Positions 17,605-26,243 are shown, numbered from the stretch's first letter. The stretch: DNA of 32,000 nucleotides from Pirellula staleyi DSM 6068 (GCA_000025185.1 CP001848.1:4800001-4832000), one strand, 5' to 3'. Numbers and translations are program-made. Notes: generated by a model not told the origin, from the letters alone.

Positions 17605-19577
17605 TGGAAACCTTATTGGCCTTCCCCACGCTCGCAATTACACACTTTTGGCGAGCATCGTGGCAAATCGCGATTGTTGTCGCAATCGTTTTCACCATCG
17701 AAAAACTGTTCCCGACAATCGCTCCAAATCTACGGAGTTGGATGTGGCGGGCTGTGTTCATCAAACTACTGCTACTGGTGGCTTTACCATTTAGCTTTGT
17801 CATACCTTTATTGCCCCAGCGGTCGCTTGATTTATCGCAAATGCGTCCGCAACTTGTTGCAAGTCCAGTTGTCGAAGGTGCTTCTTTTTCGAAGCAACCA
17901 TCGAGAGCTTTGCCACCAACTCGGGCGACTGCGGCATCAATTACGTTGGGACACTGGGACTATCTTGCAACTGGAATCCTTGCTTGCTGGCTTCTCGGTT
18001 GCAGCCTGCATGTTGCCCATCAAGTTCGAATCGAGCGAGTAGTTCGTTGCGAGCTGCGCCAGTCTCGATCAATTGTTTCCGTCTCCATTCGCAAACCACT
18101 TGAAAAGCTCGCTAAACAATTTGGACTACAGCAACTACCGCCTATTCGGTGGACAACAAGATCAGAGAGCCCACGACTCATCGGTGCTTGGCAACCGACC
18201 ATCTTACTTCCGGTCGAGTGGCTGTCGCGCTGTTCGGATTCGCAGCTTCAACTTGCAATTGCGCATGAGCTTTCACACATCGCTCGGTGCGACCTAGTTT
18301 GGAATCGTCTCGTCGCCGTGCTGGAAATTTTGTTTTTCTTCCATCCAAGTGTGCGATTTGCCTGTAACCGGTACCTCCTAGCGCAAGAAATCGCTTGCGA
18401 TGCACTCGTTATCGAACGCACCAGCAAGCAACCGCACGAGTATGCCAAGCTTTTGCTGGAGTTCGTATCGTATCCCAGAACACCCGCTTGGGACGGATCA
18501 GCAGCAATCACAGGGGCGTCAGTTTCTCTTCGGGAAAGGTTTGTAGCCATGCAACAGATTCATTTACAAAAACGGCCTCAACTGGCTCTCAGCATTGCGG
18601 TTTCGCTAGCTGTCGGCCTGGCAGTCGTTCCGCTATCGCTGGGTGAAACGCCATCGAAGAAACCATCCTCCAAAGCATTCGTTTCTCCTGGTGAAATGCG
18701 GTCTGATGAAGCCAAGAACCAATCGCCAAAACGAAATAGCGCTACAGCATCATCACATGGATTTGCCGCAAGCGGCGGCACTTCTGGAGGTAATGCGATA
18801 GCGGGTGGAGCGTCGAACGGCTCAGTGCAGGGTGCCGCACGTGCTCGCGCAAGTGGGAGTGGAAGTGCTTCTCGACAAAACGGCAATATGGCCACCGCTG
18901 AAGCCTCGGCGGAAGTAGCGATCGGAGCAAACGGAGATGAACAAGTTGCTCCGCCCACCTCGCCGAATGATTCACCAAGTGAGGTGCGAGACTCATCCGG
19001 CAGCGTACAGCATTCAAAATCGGTGTCGCAGGTAGTAAGTTCGACCGACGATGGAGATGGCTCAAGCTGGACGCGAACTACCACTGCATCCGAAGGCGCG
19101 CGACAGTTCAAGATCGAAGAGTCTGAAGGAATGATTAAGGTTACGATCACTGCTGGTGACAAAGTGATCGAAGTGACAGCCAAAAGCAAAGACGATTTGC
19201 AATCGAAATCGAGTGAAGCTTTTGCTGTTTATCAGGAGTATGTCGAAAGCGCGCAAACGATGGGGACGTCGGCTCCTTCCGCCAATTCATCAAGCGGCAC
19301 TCGTTCTGCTACCCAAGGTTTTTCTCGCACAAAATCAGGTTCGAAATCCGGTGGTTTTGCTCGCGGCTCTGCTTCTGGTAAAGCATTCGGGAAAGCTTCA
19401 GGAAAAGCATTCGGCATGACTGAAGGCGCTGAAGGGGTTGGTGGACAAGCCCAGATGCCCAGCCGACTCGAACTGCTACGCCAAATGCAGCAGCAATTAC
19501 GCGATGAAGCAGCTGACAATCCTGCAGCCCAGGCATTGATTGACCAGTTGGATGAAGAGATCCGCAATGAGAAATAG
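17601..19577 (+). CDS. BlaR1-like M56 peptidase-family membrane protein with a long low-complexity C-terminal region
   Basis: N-terminal TM helices and an HExxH zinc site in AIAHELSHIARCDLVWN. The C-terminal ~300 aa are Ser/Gly/Ala-rich (GKAFGKASGKAFG repeats) and end in a charged helix. Confidence 0.8.
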   Translation: MMETLLAFPTLAITHFWRASWQIAIVVAIVFTIEKLFPTIAPNLRSWMWRAVFIKLLLLVALPFSFVIPLLPQRSLDLSQMRPQLVASPVVEGASFSKQPSRALPPTRATAASITLGHWDYLATGILACWLLGCSLHVAHQVRIERVVRCELRQSRSIVSVSIRKPLEKLAKQFGLQQLPPIRWTTRSESPRLIGAWQPTILLPVEWLSRCSDSQLQLAIAHELSHIARCDLVWNRLVAVLEILFFFHPSVRFACNRYLLAQEIACDALVIERTSKQPHEYAKLLLEFVSYPRTPAWDGSAAITGASVSLRERFVAMQQIHLQKRPQLALSIAVSLAVGLAVVPLSLGETPSKKPSSKAFVSPGEMRSDEAKNQSPKRNSATASSHGFAASGGTSGGNAIAGGASNGSVQGAARARASGSGSASRQNGNMATAEASAEVAIGANGDEQVAPPTSPNDSPSEVRDSSGSVQHSKSVSQVVSSTDDGDGSSWTRTTTASEGARQFKIEESEGMIKVTITAGDKVIEVTAKSKDDLQSKSSEAFAVYQEYVESAQTMGTSAPSANSSSGTRSATQGFSRTKSGSKSGGFARGSASGKAFGKASGKAFGMTEGAEGVGGQAQMPSRLELLRQMQQQLRDEAADNPAAQALIDQLDEEIRNEK

Positions 19578-19688
19578 TTGGTTCAAGATTGGGCATGTCC
19601 CGTCAGCATGATACGTTCGGTCGGTAATCTGACTGAATTGAACATGGTCAACCGTTCTCTCAACAACCGCTTGCTTATGAACTCAGTA

Positions 19689-19718
19689 GCCCTTCGATAA
19701 ACTTGTCGAAGGGCTTTT
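19689..19718 (+). terminator. Rho-independent terminator after blaR1-like gene
   Basis: GCCCTTCGA (19689-19697) pairs perfectly with TCGAAGGGC (19706-19714) around an 8-nt loop, followed by TTTT. Confidence 0.65.
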
Positions 19719-19917
19719 GCGGTAACGGCTGCACTTGATCAAGCGATCCGGCAATTCTTATCTTGCGGACTTGGTTTCTGACCGCGCTAGCATCGCGTTG
19801 CTCCTGAGAATTGCTTCATGCATGAGTTGGACCTCCTCGCCTCTCATTGTTGACCGAGGGAGGGTACCCAACGATACTTGGCCTCCTGGAACCGCTAGAA
19901 ATTTAAGGAGCAAAAAA

Positions 19918-20066
19918 ATGAATACGCTTCGAATACGACTTCTTTCAGGATCACTCGCCGCAATCGTTGTTGCGTCGTTTTTGATGACCTGCCCGACGAA
20001 GAATTGCTTCGCGGAGGATTCTCTAGCTTCGCCCAACATCATTCTCATCCTAATCGATGACAAGGT
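19918..20066 (+). pseudogene. Sulfatase gene remnant (signal peptide plus the first conserved motif only), interrupted by IS66
   Basis: AAGGAG Shine-Dalgarno at 19905-19910. MNTLRIRLLSGSLAAIVVASFLMTCP...ASPNIILILIDD is the canonical sulfatase N-terminus. The expected LGYGD continuation is replaced by IS sequence, and no downstream sulfatase sequence appears in any frame. Confidence 0.6.
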
Positions 20067-20144
20067 GTCCGTTCTGCCAACCGCATCTTCGATTTTCGCG
20101 GCTGACCCGTCAAGATTCGGCTTTCTCAATCGAGGAGGCGGGCG

Positions 20145-20492
20145 ATGGCGAAGCAGCAGCGGAGTGGCGAGAGGGAGCAGCGGTGGCGTGATTTGATTGC
20201 GCGGTTTGCAGTTAGCGGCCTGTCGGTGCGGGCATTTTGCCAGCGCGAGCGTGTGCCGGAGTCGGCGTTCTATGCCTGGCGACGCACGCTTCAGCAGCGT
20301 GATCTGGAAGCGACCAGGGCGGCACCTGCGTTTCTGCCGGTTGCCATCCAGCGGCCTGAGCGGGCAACTGTCGCAGAGACTTGCGTCGATTTGCCCGGCG
20401 GCGTGACGATCCGCATCGGGGAGGCGACTTCGATCGAGCGAGTGGCGGCGCTGGTGCGAGCTTTGCGATCGTCGTCGGAGGCCCACGCATGA
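20145..20492 (+). CDS. tnpA: IS66 family accessory protein TnpA (Orf1)
   Basis: WRDLIARFAVSGLSVRAFCQRERVPESAFYAWRRTL matches the IS66 Orf1 HTH pattern. GAGGAGG Shine-Dalgarno lies upstream. Confidence 0.75.
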   Translation: MAKQQRSGEREQRWRDLIARFAVSGLSVRAFCQRERVPESAFYAWRRTLQQRDLEATRAAPAFLPVAIQRPERATVAETCVDLPGGVTIRIGEATSIERVAALVRALRSSSEAHA

Positions 20493-20824
20493 TTGGGCCT
20501 CGTGACGGTTCCACTGCGGCGCAAGTCTGGATCGCCACCGCGCCGGTCGACATGCGCAAGAGCTTCGACGGCCTGGCCGAGATCGTCCGCGCGTTTCTCG
20601 GGCAAGACCCGCTCTCGGGCCACTTGTTCGTGTTTCGCAACAAGTCGAGTCAGCGGCTCAAGATCTTATGGTGGGATCGCGGCGGGCTGACGATCTACTA
20701 CAAGCGGTTGGAACGCGGCGTGTTCCGCTTCCCGTCGACGAAGGACAGCGCACTCGCCGTCGATAGTTCCCAACTGCTGCGGCTGCTCGATGGCCTGGAA
20801 GTTGTCGCGCGCCGGGCGAGCTGA
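20489..20824 (+). CDS. tnpB: IS66 family accessory protein TnpB (Orf2)
   Basis: VWIATAPVDMRKSFDGLAEIVRAFLGQDPLSGHLFVFRNKSSQRLKILWWDRGGLTIYYKRLERGVFRFP is the hallmark IS66 Orf2 sequence. The start is Met37 of ORF 20381..20824. Confidence 0.9.
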   Translation: MIGPRDGSTAAQVWIATAPVDMRKSFDGLAEIVRAFLGQDPLSGHLFVFRNKSSQRLKILWWDRGGLTIYYKRLERGVFRFPSTKDSALAVDSSQLLRLLDGLEVVARRAS

Positions 20825-20887
20825 GTCTTTTTCAAAAACTCTTTCGGCCGGCGAAACTTTTCACGCTCATCGCGCATATAGTCATGC

Positions 20888-22498
20888 ATGAGCACAGACG
20901 TTCCAGCGAGCATCGATCCCTCCACGCTGCCCGATGATCCGGCGCTCTTGAAACGGATGCTGATTGAGCAAGGCCAGCATTTGATCGAACGCGATGCGAT
21001 CATCAATCGCATCCGCGAAGAAGCCGCGCAGCGCGAGCGATTGGAAGCCGAGAAGAAGGCCGCCGTGGAAGCGATCCTGCGGCGGTTCTACGGGCCGAAG
21101 AACGAGCGCTTCGATGTGCGGCAGTTGCTCCTTTTTGGTCAGCAAGTCGAACAACAGCCGCTCGATGAAGCCAGCATCAACGCAGAAGCGGGTGAAAGGC
21201 TCGTCACGCGGCGGATCGCCAAGAAACACAAGCACGGCCTCCATCCGCTGCCGGACCACCTGCCTCGAATCGACGTCGAGCACGACCTCTCCGAGGATGA
21301 GAAAAAGTGTCCCTGCTGCGGCGAGGCGCGCTGCCGCATCGGGCAGGAAGTGAGTGAGCAGCTTGAATACCTGCCGGCCAGCTTCAAGGTGCTGCGGCAC
21401 ATGCGCCACAAGTACGCCTGCCGCAAGTGCGACGCCGAGGGTTACAACCCGAACATCGCCGCGGCCAAGAAGCCGGCGCAGCCGATCGACAAGGGCTTGC
21501 CCGGCCCGGGCCTCCTGGCCTATGTCATCGTCAGCAAGCTTGGCGATCACTTGCCGCTGTACCGCCTGGAACACATCTTCGCGCGGCAGCAGTTGCATGT
21601 CGCTCGCAGCACGATGTGTGCGTGGCTGGCGGCAACAGGCGAACTCGTTCGTCCGCTGGTGGAGTTGATGATTCAGCGGGTCCGGCTCTCGCGGGTGATC
21701 CACACCGACGACACGCGGGTGCCGATCCAAGCGCCGGGCGAAGGAAAGTGCCGCAGCGGCCGCATCTGGACCTACATTGGCGACGGGGCGCATCCCTATA
21801 TCGTCTATGACTACACGCCTGACTGCACCCGCGCGGGACCCGCCAACTGGCTGCGGGATTACAAAGGCTATCTGCAAGCGGATGCGTACGGCGGCTACGA
21901 CGGGATTTATCACTCGGGCGCGATTGAAGTCGCCTGCTGGGCGCATGCGCGCCGCAAGTTCTTCGAGGCCAAGGACACGGACGGCAAGCGCGCCGCGCAG
22001 ATGCTCTCGTTCGTCCGCGCGTTGTACGCCGTCGAGGACGATGCCAAGCAACTCAGTAATGACGAGCGCCGCGATCTGCGTCAAGTGCGAAGCGTGTCGA
22101 TCCTGGCCGACATCAAAGCCTGGCTCGATGGTGAGCGCGAGATCGTCCTGCCGCGCAGCCCGATGGGCGAGGCGTTTACATACACGCTTAACCAGTGGGA
22201 AGCCCTCAACACGTACACGCGCGAAGGGTTTCTCAATATCGACAACAATGCGGCCGAACGGGCGCTGAAGCGGGTGGCGATCGGAAGAAAAAACTGGCTG
22301 TTTGCCGGGAATGACCGCGCCGGCGGCACCGCAGCCCTGTTGTATTCGCTGATCGCAAGCGCCGAGCGCCACCAACTCGACCCGCAACGCTACCTGACCA
22401 GCGTCCTGGCCCGCCTCCCCGCCCTCCCGCCAAGCGACGTCAACAAGTTCCTGCCCGACGCCTGGAAGCGCGCCGACGTCGACGTGACGTCGAGCTGA
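20888..22498 (+). CDS. tnpC: IS66 family transposase TnpC
   Basis: Zinc-finger region CPCCGEARCRIGQEVSEQLEYLPASFKVLRHMRHKYACRKCD, LPLYRLEHIF, HTDDTRVP, AHARRKF and NNAAERALKRVAIGRKNWLFAG. Confidence 0.92.
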   Translation: MSTDVPASIDPSTLPDDPALLKRMLIEQGQHLIERDAIINRIREEAAQRERLEAEKKAAVEAILRRFYGPKNERFDVRQLLLFGQQVEQQPLDEASINAEAGERLVTRRIAKKHKHGLHPLPDHLPRIDVEHDLSEDEKKCPCCGEARCRIGQEVSEQLEYLPASFKVLRHMRHKYACRKCDAEGYNPNIAAAKKPAQPIDKGLPGPGLLAYVIVSKLGDHLPLYRLEHIFARQQLHVARSTMCAWLAATGELVRPLVELMIQRVRLSRVIHTDDTRVPIQAPGEGKCRSGRIWTYIGDGAHPYIVYDYTPDCTRAGPANWLRDYKGYLQADAYGGYDGIYHSGAIEVACWAHARRKFFEAKDTDGKRAAQMLSFVRALYAVEDDAKQLSNDERRDLRQVRSVSILADIKAWLDGEREIVLPRSPMGEAFTYTLNQWEALNTYTREGFLNIDNNAAERALKRVAIGRKNWLFAGNDRAGGTAALLYSLIASAERHQLDPQRYLTSVLARLPALPPSDVNKFLPDAWKRADVDVTSS

Positions 22499-22500
22499 CT

Positions 22501-22788
22501 TCACCTCAACCGCTCGTACGAGTACTCGGCGTCAATAATCTTGCTACCGAGCGGATCGTCGTGCGGCCAAGTGTCACTTACCACATGCCAAAGCCCAGGT
22601 ACCGGTTGCCGTTCTGAACGATCCAGAGCAGCGATCATTTCATCCAGACTGGAGGCAATCCAGCGGAGGTTACGCTCAATGTCGATGGCCGGTTGCCCGG
22701 CCTCGCATTTCGCGAGTTCCGCGTGAACTCCGGAACGTGCTTCCTGGAGTAGCGATCGAACACGTTCTACTTGTTGGTTGGTGCTCAT
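22501..22788 (-). CDS. Small helical protein, putative immunity partner of the upstream toxin-like ORF
   Basis: I place the start at MSTNQQVERVRSLL (ATG 22788), which overlaps the TGA of the upstream ORF as ATGA. The longer track ORF (22501..22935) would overlap out of frame. I recognise no family for it. Confidence 0.45.
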   Translation of the reverse strand: MSTNQQVERVRSLLQEARSGVHAELAKCEAGQPAIDIERNLRWIASSLDEMIAALDRSERQPVPGLWHVVSDTWPHDDPLGSKIIDAEYSYERLR

Positions 22789-23150
22789 GGCTGAACCAGT
22801 CCGGTCCTCCAATCGAGTATAAACTTCTGAACTTGGCCGCCCGGTAAATACGCGCCCTGAGCGGCGGCGCGTCCCTGGATTATTGGCGTGCCGGGTGTGA
22901 TCTGGAACTGACGGAAGCCCGTCATCGCGTTCCATTCGGGCTTGAGAGCGAGACTCGAACGCGAAGCGGGAAACGTCTCAAACAACCACTGGCCAGCGGT
23001 TCTCGACGGGTCCGTATAGTAACGAATACCGTACTCGGCATTGCCAGCATGACGGAACGAAACGGTTCCTTCCTCAAACGCCTGCAAATAACGGACGCGC
23101 TCGGCCCGCGGGACGCCCATTTCTTGCAGATACTTCGACGCCTGCCGCAC
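22785..23150 (-). CDS. Orphan polymorphic-toxin C-terminal-domain-like ORF (no N-terminal delivery region)
   Basis: GTG start only; the frame opens just after a TAA and reads AFRDPHCGRPDEIYGG-VRQASKY.... The pattern GIRYYTDPSRTAGQWLFETFPASRSSLALKPEWN...FQITPGTPIIQGRAAAQGAYLPGGQVQKFI recalls TNT/NADase-type toxin ends (R...GxW/YL...R..LAL.P...G..A.QG..PGG..Q). The family assignment is unverified. Confidence 0.45.
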   Translation of the reverse strand: MRQASKYLQEMGVPRAERVRYLQAFEEGTVSFRHAGNAEYGIRYYTDPSRTAGQWLFETFPASRSSLALKPEWNAMTGFRQFQITPGTPIIQGRAAAQGAYLPGGQVQKFILDWRTGLVQP

Positions 23151-23234
23151 ACCGCCGTAAATCTCGTCCGGCCGACCGCAATGTGGATCGCGGAACGCTT
23201 ACTTTATGCGGATACATTGAAGAAAGAGACACTA

Positions 23235-24065
23235 ATGAGCGATGCAAGTTTGCCCGCGAGTGCGCAGCCAGTTGAGCCGAACCGCGAGGAGCGATGGTGG
23301 ATTGAGCGCGATGGTCGGCAAGATGGCCCTCACATCGCTGCCTACCTCGCGGTGCTATTGCGTGAGGGAAAGATTTCGCTCGCGACTATGACCTGCAAAG
23401 TTGGCGCGACCGACTGGCAAGAGTTGCACGAGAGCGACCAGCTCCTCAGCACCCTACAATCGATGATGCCGGGCTTCATGCCGCCGCCGATACACCAGAA
23501 CCGACTTGACCTGGCAATCTTCTCGTGGATGAAATCCAAGACCACTTCCAAGAAACTACCATCCTTCGCCAACGCCATCTGCTTCTATGGGCTGGTAGTG
23601 AATCCGCTCCTGTCGCTCGTCTTGAATTTTCTACTTCCATGCCTCAGCGCCGACTGGTCCTCGATCTCCGGAATTGATCCCAATTCCCCGCTAATTGGGT
23701 ACGCACCCATCTTGAGCTTCATCGAAACCACAATATTCCTTTCTCTCAACGTTGCTTTGATTGTTGGGGCCTACCAGATATTGCAGCTTCGCCCGATTGG
23801 AGCCACCACCATCGTAGTCACCATTGGACTCAGGACCGTGATCGACCTGATCAGTCTCCTCATCAGTTTCGTCTGGCTGGCACTGATCGAAGTAAGTGGC
23901 CACTCCCTCCCCACTGATCCCGAGCCCTCCATCGGATTCGGCGACCTAATCGCGGGCCTGCTCCTCTTAACCATCATTCTTGGATCCATCGCCTTCGAAG
24001 TCACCTCCCTCATCTGGCTCCTCCGCAATCGCTTCCGAATTCCGCATGATCGACGAACCGAATAA
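23235..24065 (+). CDS. GYF_2 (DUF4339)-domain protein with a multi-pass hydrophobic C-terminal half
   Basis: I place the start at MSDASLPASAQ (ATG 23235); the upstream part of the track ORF is antisense to the toxin-like ORF. WWIERDGRQDGPHIAAYLAVLLREGKISLATMTCKVGATDWQEL fits the GYF_2 pattern, and several TM-like segments follow. Confidence 0.65.
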   Translation: MSDASLPASAQPVEPNREERWWIERDGRQDGPHIAAYLAVLLREGKISLATMTCKVGATDWQELHESDQLLSTLQSMMPGFMPPPIHQNRLDLAIFSWMKSKTTSKKLPSFANAICFYGLVVNPLLSLVLNFLLPCLSADWSSISGIDPNSPLIGYAPILSFIETTIFLSLNVALIVGAYQILQLRPIGATTIVVTIGLRTVIDLISLLISFVWLALIEVSGHSLPTDPEPSIGFGDLIAGLLLLTIILGSIAFEVTSLIWLLRNRFRIPHDRRTE

Positions 24066-24226
24066 TTGAACTTAAGAGCTACTTCAAAACTGATTGTTAA
24101 TGGTCTTGAACATGGTGTGCACAAGTTGCATTTTCTATCTACGGAGCGACTGGTGATGGCAGGAAGTTTGTAAGGCGGATGGAGCCCAAACTCAAGCCGA
24201 AGCTACTGGCACCCTGAGTTATTTTG

Positions 24227-24871
24227 TTAACTCGCGACAATCGTGCGCTGCTGGTCGATAATCTGCGAGATGTCGCTTGGCACGTTCTGCGTGAAGTTCG
24301 ACCAGTTCCCAGTGGCATCCAGATCCCATCGCTGCTGCAGCGCCGGACTGGTGATCGTTTGATGATCGTTTGACAGCCGACCACGATGGAACTTCTTCAG
24401 TCGCTGCAGGCCATCGTATTCATAGAGCTCGTCAAAATCTTTGTCGTAAGACTGGGCGACCAAGTCTTCCTTGTAAGTCCGACTCGACGAACGGTTATAG
24501 CCATACTTGAGATGCACCAAGCTGCTGCCCGATCCTGAACTCGACGAAGAGGACGAGCTGCTCGCACCATAGTTTGCCCACCAGTGGTCGATCACGCGGC
24601 CGAAGCCTGCGTAGGGATTCGCGCCACTTCCGAGCACATAGTCGAGCTTGATCTCGGGCTTCAGGTAGTCGGTGGTTACGAAGGTCGACAGCCCGAGGTA
24701 GGAGTACTGGCACACCTCGGTCGCATCCTTGCTGAGCGTGCGAACGCGCGAGAGATTGTCAGCTACCGTGTCATCGTACGAGTACGACAGCACCTCGCCA
24801 CTGGGATAGGTCATGCTCGTGAGGCGAATCGTATTATCACTCCCATTCTCATAGCTATAGCCGACCTTCGG
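24227..24871 (-). pseudogene. Internal Rhs/YD-repeat gene fragment, paralogous to 27721..28355 of the main rhs gene
   Basis: PKVGYSYENGSDNTIRLTSMTYPSGEVLSYSYDD...NFTQNVPSDISQIIDQQRT aligns residue for residue with the large Rhs protein. It then diverges (IVAS-stop). It has no native N- or C-terminus. Confidence 0.8.
24246..24871. repeat. Copy A of a dispersed direct repeat (~626 bp) shared with the main rhs gene
   Basis: By-eye nucleotide alignment to 27721..28355. The copies are colinear with scattered substitutions and one 9-nt indel. Confidence 0.85.
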
Positions 24872-25033
24872 CAGCGACGGAAATGCCTATCGCGCCGAAG
24901 CGTCATTAAACGCTCGATCGACTGGCTCAAAGAATCCCATCGCATTGCCACGCTCAACGACAAGCTCGCTTACTCCTATCTCGCCTTTATCGCCAAAGGG
25001 CCTGTCAGAATAATGACTCAATTGATTTAAGTG
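24872..25033 (+). pseudogene. IS5-family (IS427/IS1031-like) transposase C-terminal remnant
   Basis: RRSVIKRSIDWLKESHRIATLNDKLAYSYLAFIAKGPVRIMTQLI-stop resembles the conserved IS5-family C-terminus (R..IER.F..LK.FRRIATRYDK.A.NFLA...LA). Only ~50 codons are present. Confidence 0.55.
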
Positions 25034-25042
25034 GGTAGGTGT

Positions 25043-25972
25043 CTAGAATATCTCGTGAGAAATTTTGCCCTCAGGCGAAATATAAAAGTTAAGCGCGAAG
25101 TTTGCTATCATCATGAAGTAGCCTGTAAAGTCACCTTGGTGAGTTGGGGGAGCAAGTGAGGGAATGTTCACCAGTGCGAAATCATTCCCCAGGTAAGGAT
25201 AAAACTCTAGGAGCGAGAAAAGGAACGCACCTGCATCGGGGGGGCGGTTGCGAATTCCTTTTCGTGGGCCATCGAGAGAAAGTGAATTTCCGCCGATTTT
25301 GGCACCGAAGGAATGTCGAAAGTTTGCATGAAATTCAGGAAGTAATTCGTTGCTTGTGATACCTAATTGTTTCAAGCATTTCTCAGCTTCGGCGATGGTG
25401 AAATCTTCAATTTCCAATACTTGATATGGAGACCCGAAGAAAACAGCGTCGGTAGCTAAGGGATAGTTGTTAACTGTGTGCAGCGCACTAACGCTACCAA
25501 GAGAGACCCACTCGAAACAAAAAAAGGCATCGTCGTCTATTGTTAGTTGGTCTATAGTATCTCGAGTAAATATTAATAAGACATCCCCTGGAAGCTTCTT
25601 GTCAAATAGGTGCTCGGATCCCAAGAAGCAGATTTGAGCGAGATATCTACAGTGGGTTCCAAAGCGTCTAGGCCATCGAGCTTTTGTGTCGAAATATGGC
25701 AGACCACCAATCTTTGTTCCCCACGGAACACTCGGTTCGCGAAGGCCCCACAGGAATAGCGTAGTGGTCTTTGCGCGATGCTGTCCTAGTATGTCAACGC
25801 ACTTTCGCACATAGTAATCATAGAGTACCAGCGCATGAGGATTGTCAATGCACAAACGCTGGCATGCAGATTGAGGCTCCGCCACGCTGACTTGAAGTAG
25901 ATTTCTCCATGCCTCAATCTCTTGGCGAGAGGGCATTTCATTGTTGCGGCTTTGCGTTGCTGATGCGTTCAT
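25043..25972 (-). CDS. DUF1963/YwqG-like protein; candidate immunity protein for the Rhs toxin
   Basis: WGTKIGGLPYFDTKARWPRRFGTHCRYLAQICFLGSEHLFDKKLPGDVLLIFT, plus a second FGAKIGGNS...GDFTGYFMMIANFALNFYI block, mirror the two-block DUF1963 pattern (SKFGGxPxxP...LLxQIn...GxLxFF; KxGGY...GDxGxxxFFI). The gene is markedly AT-richer than its neighbours and is the next gene downstream of rhs on the same strand. Confidence 0.55.
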   Translation of the reverse strand: MNASATQSRNNEMPSRQEIEAWRNLLQVSVAEPQSACQRLCIDNPHALVLYDYYVRKCVDILGQHRAKTTTLFLWGLREPSVPWGTKIGGLPYFDTKARWPRRFGTHCRYLAQICFLGSEHLFDKKLPGDVLLIFTRDTIDQLTIDDDAFFCFEWVSLGSVSALHTVNNYPLATDAVFFGSPYQVLEIEDFTIAEAEKCLKQLGITSNELLPEFHANFRHSFGAKIGGNSLSLDGPRKGIRNRPPDAGAFLFSLLEFYPYLGNDFALVNIPSLAPPTHQGDFTGYFMMIANFALNFYISPEGKISHEIF

Positions 25973-26243
25973 TTGTGATTAATTGCCGCTATGGCAATGC
26001 CGTTGATTTTTTTGTCGTATTGCACTGGCAGTATAGCTGTCAAGCGAATTGTTTCATCAAAGTGACTGCCAGCGTGGGGCAGGGATAGTCCTCTTGGCTA
26101 CTTTTATTTAAAATATGCAGGGCACAGTCTCGGTGCTAATCAAGACGTTGAAGCGACCTACATAAGTCGCAGTTGTGCTACACAGGAGAACTGACTTTGC
26201 GTTTAGTCAAGTTGTAAGAACGGATTGCAAGACGGGGGCATGT

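Larger units (their letters stand above)
20065..22500 (+). mobile_element. IS66-family insertion sequence (three-ORF organisation); ends not defined
   Basis: It carries the tnpA, tnpB and tnpC genes in IS66 order, with a tnpA/tnpB ATGA overlap. The left boundary is inferred from where sulfatase homology is lost. I found no terminal inverted repeats or target duplication. Confidence 0.8.

Noticed and set aside
20061-20144. Attempt to define IS66 inverted repeats by matching this left flank to 22499-22600
   Set aside because: Only trivial matches were found (for example caagatt). The IS boundaries are therefore left approximate and not asserted.
20882-22504. 540-aa minus-strand ORF
   Set aside because: It is the exact antisense of the IS66 transposase gene, which itself has unmistakable family motifs.
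24584-24871. First ~95 codons of the 148-aa plus-strand ORF 24584..25030
   Set aside because: This part is antisense to the rhs fragment. Only the last ~50 codons (24872 onward) resemble a transposase, so the ORF is a chance fusion across a junction.
24246-24871. Idea that the two rhs copies are template and variable repeats of a diversity-generating retroelement
   Set aside because: No reverse transcriptase gene is nearby. The differences between the copies are mixed transitions and transversions plus an indel, not adenine-specific.
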